Shown here piece after piece: positions 17,739-23,347 of a stretch of 45,783 nucleotides of DNA. The notes under the pieces were generated by a model. The model was not told the DNA's origin and did no database searches. It worked only from the letters and a program-made list of their open reading frames with translations. Source of the DNA: Minisyncoccia bacterium (lineage in GTDB: Bacteria > Patescibacteriota > Minisyncoccia > Phycocordibacterales > Zambryskibacteraceae); NCBI GenBank assembly GCA_038212375.1, contig JBBQUO010000002.1, positions 1 to 45,783 of the forward strand. The letters run 5' to 3'. Every line of letters begins with the position of its first letter. Position 1 is the stretch's first letter. A program made the translations under genes and the position numbers.

Positions 17739-17870
17739 TTACTTCTTTTTCTTACCTGCTCGGATCATGGTGGGTTTTTTCTTTTGGATTTCTTTCATCC
17801 CTTCAACTTGCAGAGCAAGTTTCCTGAGTCCTTCTTGGATTGTGACAATACGCTTGTAGATACTATCCAC
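17739..17870 (-). CDS. Candidate 43-aa basic protein (GTG start), below the ORF-track cutoff
   Basis: MDSIYKRIVTIQEGLRKLALQVEGMKEIQKKKPTMIRAGKKKK. GGAGGA lies 3-4 nt upstream of the GTG. Followed by a hairpin terminator. Confidence 0.4.
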   Translation of the reverse strand: MDSIYKRIVTIQEGLRKLALQVEGMKEIQKKKPTMIRAGKKKK

Positions 17871-17928
17871 GCTTCCTCCTGTAAGGGGTCTTGTTCGAGT
17901 ATAGAACACCTTGGCATATAATAAAAGG

Positions 17929-18759
17929 ATGAAATCTTTCCATGATCGCTGGAGATTCTATATTGTCAGTTTTCTTATCGTCTCTGCAACTATTATTTGG
18001 ATAGCAGCACTTCAGCATAAGCCTCGTGTAGTGGTGACCGTGTCATTCCTCGATGTGGGAGAAGGAGATGCGACTCTTATCGAAGGAATGCATGGCGAGC
18101 AGGTTCTGATTGATGGTGGTCCTGGAAGAAATACTCTTACTGCTCTTGCAAAAGCTCTTCCTTTTTTCGATCGCTCACTCGATATGGTTGTTGAAATGTT
18201 TCCAGACAAAGATAATAGTGGAGGATTACCCTATGTGCTTGATCAGTATAGTGTAGAAACTTTTATTTCTCCCAATAGACCACCACAGAATACTACTATT
18301 GATGAAGTAGATCGTATCAACATCGAGAAGCACACACGTGTTATTGAAGGAAAAGAAGGGAAGAGGTTTAATTTTCTCGATGGTTCGTATCTCAGTATTA
18401 TCTCAGCTCAGCCAGGCCAGTCTCTTATTCTCCAGTACAATTATGGTGGTACGTGCATTTTATTTATGGGAGATACTCAAAACAGAGAAGAGAGAAATTT
18501 TATTGTGCAGCACAGCAATTTCCATTGCCAAATTCTTAAAGTGGGTCATCATGGTTCAAAGAGTGCAACAAGTGATGAGCTACTCGCGCTAGTGCATCCA
18601 GAGTATGCAATATTTTCAAACTCAAAAGATAATAGGTATGAATACCCAGACAGGGAAGTCATAGACAGGCTTTCAACGTGGAAAATAGTAAGATTGGATA
18701 CTCTCGAAAAGGGAACAATCACGATTGAATTAGATGGAAAATTGGTGCAATACAAATAA
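17929..18759 (+). CDS. Metallo-beta-lactamase fold protein of the ComEC C-terminal type, with an N-terminal TM anchor
   Basis: VSFLDVGEGDATLIEG..VLIDGGP and KVGHHGSKSATS resemble the ComEC Lactamase_B domain. ATG 17929 preferred over TTG 17911. Confidence 0.75.
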   Translation: MKSFHDRWRFYIVSFLIVSATIIWIAALQHKPRVVVTVSFLDVGEGDATLIEGMHGEQVLIDGGPGRNTLTALAKALPFFDRSLDMVVEMFPDKDNSGGLPYVLDQYSVETFISPNRPPQNTTIDEVDRINIEKHTRVIEGKEGKRFNFLDGSYLSIISAQPGQSLILQYNYGGTCILFMGDTQNREERNFIVQHSNFHCQILKVGHHGSKSATSDELLALVHPEYAIFSNSKDNRYEYPDREVIDRLSTWKIVRLDTLEKGTITIELDGKLVQYK

Positions 18760-18770
18760 TATAAAAACAA

Positions 18771-18798
18771 CCCTCACCCGTTCTAAATCGGGTGAGGG
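18771..18798 (-). terminator. Hairpin terminator oriented for the minus-strand gene 18783-19097
   Basis: CCCTCACCCG ttctaaat CGGGTGAGGG. On the minus strand it is followed by ttgttttta. The ORF stop lies in the loop. Confidence 0.65.
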
Positions 18799-19097
18799 AG
18801 TAGAATCTCAAGGATCCTTTTGGTGATTGCGTCTCGATCGGCACATGGAAGCAAGGCTACACTAATCCTTCCTCCCGAAAATCTAACCGCTTCGATACCT
18901 GGGACACCAATAATCTCAGCAAGAAGAGGTGCTGCTGGCTTGCAACATCTCATCGAACAGAGCACGTCCTGGATGTATCCTTGGCTGTTGGCTTTCGGAT
19001 CCAGTGTGAACATGCAACACAAGAAAAAGGGCGGATTGAAGGTAAGTCCTCGCTCCCATCGAGTTACGAGAGCTTCCTCTGCAGTTACTCGCATCAT
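18783..19097 (-). CDS. Hypothetical Cys-rich protein (104 aa)
   Basis: GGAGG lies 4 nt upstream of ATGATG. Has its own promoter-like boxes and terminator. Cys pairs FLCC, CSMRCC and LPC. No recognisable family. Confidence 0.55.
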   Translation of the reverse strand: MMRVTAEEALVTRWERGLTFNPPFFLCCMFTLDPKANSQGYIQDVLCSMRCCKPAAPLLAEIIGVPGIEAVRFSGGRISVALLPCADRDAITKRILEILLPHPI

Positions 19098-19128
19098 GCA
19101 TCCTCCTAGAAAGAGCAGTTATGCTCGT

Positions 19129-19157
19129 ATCATCTCTCTGTTTTAGTGCGAGGTCAA
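19129..19157 (-). promoter_or_regulatory. Sigma70-like promoter for the 104-aa Cys-rich gene
   Basis: Minus strand reads TTGACC - 17 nt - GATGAT, about 30 nt upstream of the ATG. Confidence 0.4.
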
Positions 19158-19188
19158 AAAAAAGAGAGGATAACTTATATTACACAAC

Positions 19189-19213
19189 AAAAAACTCCCA
19201 AAGGAGTTTTTTT
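19189..19213. terminator. Bidirectional terminator downstream of rpmB
   Basis: AAAAAACTCC caaa GGAGTTTTTT. Confidence 0.7.
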
Positions 19214-19454
19214 AGATAATTCCTGCTTTCTTGAGGGTTCGGAATGCTCCGTTTTTGTTGATGGTCTTGATGGCTTCAGTGGAGAGAGTGAGGACCATGG
19301 TCTTTTTGAGTTCAGGAATATACACCCGCTTCTTTTGGAGGTTTGGGTACTTCCTCACTTTTCCAGTGGGGTTGAATTGGGTAGCACGAGTACGGTTACT
19401 ATAACCGCCCCCCATGATTGAACCCTTTTTTGTTACTGCGCAGACTTTTGCCAT
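19212..19454 (-). CDS. rpmB: 50S ribosomal protein L28
   Basis: MAKVCAVTKKGSIMGGGYSNRTRATQFNPTGKVRKYPNLQKKRVYIPE matches the L28 pattern. Confidence 0.9.
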   Translation of the reverse strand: MAKVCAVTKKGSIMGGGYSNRTRATQFNPTGKVRKYPNLQKKRVYIPELKKTMVLTLSTEAIKTINKNGAFRTLKKAGII

Positions 19455-19463
19455 TTAATTTGA

Positions 19464-19513
19464 GAATTATGAATGAGGAACTGTGAATAAAGCGAACCTT
19501 TGATTCAGAATTC
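19464..19513. repeat. Heptad array GAAT/GAAC x4 followed by ATTC x2, in the rpmB 5' leader / divergent intergenic region
   Basis: gaattat gaatgag gaactgt gaataaa starting at 19464, 19471, 19478, 19485. ATTC at 19503 and 19510. Confidence 0.8.
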
Positions 19514-19602
19514 ATGACCCCTTCTTCTAGACCGTCCATGCTACCACAGAGCACTAAATATGCAAGACTCTGAAACGCTTCAGTGTATGGTACTATTTCG
19601 CG

Positions 19603-20208
19603 ATGGAATTATTCTTTGAGCTCGCGGTCCTTATTATGTCAGTTGTCATCCATGAGGTTTCTCATGGATACGCTGCATATTTTCAAGGCGACCACACAGC
19701 AGAATATCAAGGTAGACTTACCCTCAATCCGTTCAAGCATCTTGACCTTGTCGGCTCAGTTATCCTTCCACTTGTCCTCGTCATAACCCATTCTCCATTT
19801 TTAGTCGGATGGGCAAAGCCAGTACCATTTAATCCCTATAATCTTCGGTTTCGAAGGTGGGGAGAAGCACTCGTTGCCATAGCAGGTCCTGTATCCAATA
19901 TCGTCATCGCGCTTATCTTCGGGCTTCTTATACGTTTTGCATCAGCGAGTCTAAGTCCTGCATTTATTCAAATATCTGTGGTTATTGTATTTACGAATCT
20001 TTTTCTGGCGATTTTTAACTTAGCTCCCGTTCCACCACTCGATGGCTCTAAGATCCTTTTTGCATTCCTTCCCAACCAAGGGGGAAGCGTAAGGATCTTC
20101 CTCGAAAAATATTCGCTTATCCTTGCATTCGCCTTTATTTTTTACCTTAGTTCGTACCTGTATCCGATCGTCCAAGCGCTTTTTACCTTTATTACAGGAC
20201 TGAGTTAG
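19603..20208 (+). CDS. Site-2 protease family (peptidase M50) membrane metalloprotease
   Basis: HEVSHG zinc motif, [12 protein letters not shown], and polytopic membrane topology. Confidence 0.85.
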   Translation: MELFFELAVLIMSVVIHEVSHGYAAYFQGDHTAEYQGRLTLNPFKHLDLVGSVILPLVLVITHSPFLVGWAKPVPFNPYNLRFRRWGEALVAIAGPVSNIVIALIFGLLIRFASASLSPAFIQISVVIVFTNLFLAIFNLAPVPPLDGSKILFAFLPNQGGSVRIFLEKYSLILAFAFIFYLSSYLYPIVQALFTFITGLS

Positions 20209-20287
20209 AGCTCTGGTATCGATACTCCTATTGCAAAATTCTATCGTCTGTATTAGAGTATCCGCACTGCATCGCAGGACTACTTTT

Positions 20288-20701
20288 ATGTCTACAATCA
20301 ACCAGCTCGTAAAGCGAAAGCGCACAATCACCCGCCGAAAGTCAAAATCGGTGGCTTTGACTCGTAGTTTCAACTCAATCAACAACCGCCCTGTATACAC
20401 AGAATCTCCATTCAAGCGAGGGGTGTGTACCAAGGTGACTACCAAGACCCCAAAGAAGCCAAACTCTGCTATCCGAAAGATCGCTCGTGTACGCCTTACC
20501 AATGGTATGGAAATCACTGCATACATTCCAGGAATGGGTCACAATCTCCAGGAGCACTCAGTGGTGGTAGTGAAAGGGGGACGAGTAAAAGACGTAGGAC
20601 TCCGTTATTCTGTTGTTCGAGGAGTGCTCGATGCTACTGGGGTAGATACCCGCCGAAAAGGCCGAAGTCAGTACGGTACCAAGCGTCCAAAGGCTAAATA
20701 A
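20288..20701 (+). CDS. rpsL: 30S ribosomal protein S12
   Basis: [12 protein letters not shown]...[18 protein letters not shown]. The track ORF N-terminal extension was rejected. Confidence 0.95.
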   Translation: MSTINQLVKRKRTITRRKSKSVALTRSFNSINNRPVYTESPFKRGVCTKVTTKTPKKPNSAIRKIARVRLTNGMEITAYIPGMGHNLQEHSVVVVKGGRVKDVGLRYSVVRGVLDATGVDTRRKGRSQYGTKRPKAK

Positions 20702-20730
20702 TCTAAGTTTTTAATACATTCAAGAAATTC

Positions 20731-21198
20731 ATGCGAAGAAAAGTTAAAAATCGAAAAGAGGTAATGCCAGACTCACAATATGAGTCTGTAAAGGTTGCAA
20801 AGATCATCAACTATGTGATGGACTCTGGAAAGAAAAATACTGCTCGCAGTATTGTCTATGGCGCACTCGATATTATCGAGAAGGAAGCAGAAGGGAAGGC
20901 AATGGAAACTCTCGAGACTGCACTGAAGAACACTGGTCCAACTATGGAAGTACGATCACGCCGAGTGGGAGGTGCTAACTATCAGATTCCTCGAGAAGTT
21001 CGCCCAGAACGTCGTCTCGCACTTTCTATTAAGTGGATTGTTGACGGTGCTCGCGGAAAGAAAGGTAAGCCAATGGCAGAGAAGCTCGCCGAAGAGCTCG
21101 TACTTGCTTCAAAGAATGAAGGTGAGGCGGTGAAGAAGAGGGAAAATACTCATAAGATGGCGGAAGCGAACAAAGCCTTTGCTCACTTTGCCTGGTAG
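20731..21198 (+). CDS. rpsG: 30S ribosomal protein S7
   Basis: Typical S7 sequence (VRSRRVGGANYQIPREV). Confidence 0.95.
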   Translation: MRRKVKNRKEVMPDSQYESVKVAKIINYVMDSGKKNTARSIVYGALDIIEKEAEGKAMETLETALKNTGPTMEVRSRRVGGANYQIPREVRPERRLALSIKWIVDGARGKKGKPMAEKLAEELVLASKNEGEAVKKRENTHKMAEANKAFAHFAW

Positions 21199-21320
21199 TA
21201 CGCTCTGTCTTTTTCTCACATTTCTTCGTTGCACGCTCGTTTTCTCTCGCGCTGTACGAGTGTACAGCTTGATCGAAAGCCTCGCGTGCGTCTCGAACTG
21301 CAAGAAAAATCCTATCGCTA

Positions 21321-21364
21321 AAATACCCCTCCCAGTACACTAGTACAGCTCGGGGTATTTTTTT
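21321..21364 (+). terminator. Terminator-like hairpin downstream of rpsG
   Basis: AAATACCCC - 22-nt loop - GGGGTATTT followed by tttttg. The long loop lowers confidence. Confidence 0.5.
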
Positions 21365-21405
21365 GTTCCGTCTCGAGCTTGCTTAATTTCTAGGGTTTTT
21401 GAATC
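21347..21405 (+). repeat. Copy A of a ~58-nt intergenic repeat
   Basis: agctcggggtatttttttgttccgtctcgagcttgcttaatttctagggtttttgaatc. Shares the blocks GGGnTnTTTT, CGTCTCGAnCT and TTGAAT with copies B and C. Confidence 0.7.
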
Positions 21406-21444
21406 ATGTCTAAAAGAAAAGTGATATTTTTTACGTTGTAATTT

Positions 21445-21882
21445 TTGAGTTGCGAGGTAATATTTATATACTCCTGTTACTTAAAGCAATTTAATACAAT
21501 TAATCATAATCAGGATCAAACAAACAAAGCTCCTCTATTGTTACGACTCGTTACAGCAGCTGCAATACCTCTTTCTGTGGTTCTAATCGCATGGGTTAGC
21601 CTTGCATTGGAGTGGAATAGTTATAGAGGTTACGGGTATGCTCCATTTAGTTTTACAGAGCAAATTCTTCGCTTGGGATTATTTGCTATGCCCTTTTTAT
21701 TAATAGTAACCCTTTTGGGTTTAAGGAAAATGAAAAGATGGGCACTCTATATTTTAACTGGTATTTCCGTGCTCGTTGCTATCCCGTTTCTGCTCTCTTT
21801 CAATATTATCTTTATGACATTGGTTGTGATACAGATATTTTTCCTGAACTATGTTTGGTCACTGAGAGGAAGAATGAGCTAA
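21445..21882 (+). CDS. Hypothetical membrane protein (about 3-4 TM); start uncertain
   Basis: The ORF has no early in-frame ATG (track start is TTG). The hydrophobic segments look genuine. Confidence 0.45.
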   Translation: MSCEVIFIYSCYLKQFNTINHNQDQTNKAPLLLRLVTAAAIPLSVVLIAWVSLALEWNSYRGYGYAPFSFTEQILRLGLFAMPFLLIVTLLGLRKMKRWALYILTGISVLVAIPFLLSFNIIFMTLVVIQIFFLNYVWSLRGRMS

Positions 21883-21924
21883 TATAAAGGTTTATGTGTA
21901 AAACCCTCTTACTTGAAAATGGCC

Positions 21925-21984
21925 AGCTCGGGCTCTTTTCTTTTGCGTCTCGACCTAGGCTAGCTTTGAAAGTCTTTGAAATTG
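21925..21984 (+). repeat. Copy B of the ~58-nt intergenic repeat
   Basis: agctcgggctcttttcttttgcgtctcgacctaggctagctttgaaagtctttgaaattg. Confidence 0.7.
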
Positions 21985-22088
21985 CAAATCCCCTGAGCTT
22001 GAATTTCAATGTAATAAGCAAAAAAATTTCGCACATATTGCGATTTTTTTGTTGTATAATTTAAATCTTAATAGTAAGACGTAATACC

Positions 22089-22529
22089 ATGAAAGCTTTA
22101 CAGAATTATGCTGCCATCTTTTTCATTATTGCAGTTTCAGTATTGTCCTTAGTGTCTATTTTTGGAATTTGGGATATTTTTAGTGGAGACGTTGTATGGA
22201 AGTCTTTTGAAACGTTAGGCTTACTTGCGATTGTGGCATCAGTCATAATTAAAGCGGGAGCTGTTATGAAAAATGGAGATAGTGACAGTTTGCCAAATCC
22301 ACTTTTTGTTAGCATTCGAAAAATATCTTTAACTACCCTTATTGTTTCTGCTTCTTTGCTGGCTCTTTTAGGAGTTTTATCTATTTGGGATGTTATCACA
22401 GACAAGGATGCACTCTATAAATCATTAGGAACCCTCGCGGTAATTGCCTTCGGAGCCGCGATAGTTAAGGTTGTTTGCGATGAAATGGATGATTCTAGCA
22501 AAAAGATACCTGTAAAAGTTAAAGGTTAA
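22089..22529 (+). CDS. Hypothetical 4-TM membrane protein with an internal two-fold duplication
   Basis: ..LSLVSIFGIWDIFSGDVVWKSFETLGLLAIVASVIIK.. aligns with ..LALLGVLSIWDVITDKDALYKSLGTLAVIAFGAAIVK.. Confidence 0.65.
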   Translation: MKALQNYAAIFFIIAVSVLSLVSIFGIWDIFSGDVVWKSFETLGLLAIVASVIIKAGAVMKNGDSDSLPNPLFVSIRKISLTTLIVSASLLALLGVLSIWDVITDKDALYKSLGTLAVIAFGAAIVKVVCDEMDDSSKKIPVKVKG

Positions 22530-22555
22530 CAGTCTTGTCATTTTTGTATAAAAAA

Positions 22556-22613
22556 GTGCTTTGGGCTCTTTTTTACGATTCGACCTTGTCTAACTTCTGG
22601 GATTGTTGAATTC
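22556..22613 (+). repeat. Copy C of the ~58-nt intergenic repeat
   Basis: gtgctttgggctcttttttacgattcgaccttgtctaacttctgggattgttgaattc. Confidence 0.7.
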
Positions 22614-22622
22614 AAGTAAACA

Positions 22623-22647
22623 AAAAACTGCTCGACGGACAGTTTTT
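22623..22647. terminator. Weak A/T-flanked hairpin between convergent genes
   Basis: AAAAACTG ctcgacgga CAGTTTTT. Confidence 0.4.
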
Positions 22648-22723
22648 GTAGTTTCGTCCTTTTGGACTCATCAGTAAGAATTACATTCTTAAACTACAGG
22701 GGAGATTACTCTCCCCAAAGAGG

Positions 22724-23083
22724 TTAATGAAAACAACGGAATACATAGAAGGTTTTATACACGACGCCTTCATTCTCGTCGTCAAAGTAGTAGTCGCCAA
22801 CAGCTTCGGCGACAGAAACTTCGCATTCATCCCATCCGATCCGGAACCCAAGGGCAAATGATCGTGATGGGCTACGCTCTGCTTCACACGAGTCCATAGC
22901 GTACTCGCCATCTGCGTCGCAACCTCCGTAACTACCGAGGTTGTAGCCTTCCCACCATTTCGAGAGCTTGTGCCCTAGTACTGGACCAATCGGTCCAGTA
23001 AACGGACAACCATGATGGTGTCCACCATCAGGCTGTTCGTTCCTGCAGTAGTAGCATAGAAGCCTCCGGCGCGTCGCGACCAT
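22724..23083 (-). CDS. Hypothetical Cys/His-rich small protein (119 aa), possible zinc-binding N-terminus
   Basis: GAGAGGTGG lies 3 nt upstream of the ATG. N-terminus CYYCRNEQPDGGHHHGC. Looks more GC-rich than its neighbours by eye. Has its own promoter and a hairpin (GGGGAG attact CTCCCC, 22699-22716) after the stop. Confidence 0.6.
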   Translation of the reverse strand: MVATRRRLLCYYCRNEQPDGGHHHGCPFTGPIGPVLGHKLSKWWEGYNLGSYGGCDADGEYAMDSCEAERSPSRSFALGFRIGWDECEVSVAEAVGDYYFDDENEGVVYKTFYVFRCFH

Positions 23084-23087
23084 AATC

Positions 23088-23114
23088 CACCTCTCTGTAT
23101 GTACAGAGAAGGTG
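23088..23114 (-). promoter_or_regulatory. SD-sequestering hairpin in the 5' UTR of the Cys/His-rich gene
   Basis: Minus-strand RNA reads CACC t TCTCTGTA ca TACAGAGA GGTG: 12 bp with one bulge. The 3' arm contains the Shine-Dalgarno GAGAGGTGG. Confidence 0.55.
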
Positions 23115-23128
23115 AACTAGATCTAGTT
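23115..23128. promoter_or_regulatory. Perfect 14-bp palindrome AACTAGATCTAGTT (CTAG x3 at 6-nt spacing, counting 23129)
   Basis: Self-complementary on inspection. Lies between the predicted minus-strand promoter and the SD hairpin. Confidence 0.5.
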
Positions 23129-23174
23129 CTAGTTACTTTCAACCACCTCTGTAAGTGAAAAGAACAACTTCAGT

Positions 23175-23203
23175 ATTAAATCATTAATGTTTAAATCTGT
23201 CAA
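23175..23203 (-). promoter_or_regulatory. Sigma70-like promoter for the Cys/His-rich gene
   Basis: Minus strand reads TTGACA - 17 nt - TTTAAT. Predicts a 5' UTR of about 85 nt. Confidence 0.55.
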
Positions 23204-23310
23204 ATAAGCTGTAGGGTAGTATTTCTATTGCTTCTCATGGGGTTTTGGGATATTCTTGAGGGCAATTGGCAGGAGACTGCTCATTTTTGTTCAACTTTTA
23301 TTTATCAAAG

Positions 23311-23345
23311 CTAACCGCTAAAACCTAACCCCTATAAGCTAAATT
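23311..23345 (+). repeat. Five exactly 7-nt-phased CTA(A/T) heptads immediately upstream of fusA
   Basis: ctaaccg ctaaaac ctaaccc ctataag ctaaatt with CTA at 23311, 23318, 23325, 23332, 23339. ATG at 23348. Confidence 0.85.
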
Positions 23346-23347
23346 TT

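Noticed and set aside
18820-19421. Plus-strand ORFs 18820-19146 and 19146-19421
   Set aside because: They are antisense shadows of the SD-bearing 104-aa gene and of rpmB (L28). They have no start context and no recognisable protein features.
20020-20526. 168-aa minus-strand ORF overlapping the M50 protease 3' end and rpsL
   Set aside because: It is antisense to two well-supported genes and crosses their intergenic region, so it is a typical shadow ORF.
21347-22613. Reading the triplicated repeat as integron attC sites
   Set aside because: Only copy C contains RYYYAAC/GTTRRRY-like cores (GTCTAAC, GTTGAAT), and they are just 9 nt apart, far too close for an attC. No integrase is nearby.
23311-23345. 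Calling the heptad arrays CRISPR-like or HutP sites
   Set aside because: The units are 7 nt with no spacers, so this is not CRISPR. The sense-strand triplet at fusA and adk is CUA, not the UAG required by HutP. Only the periodicity analogy is retained.
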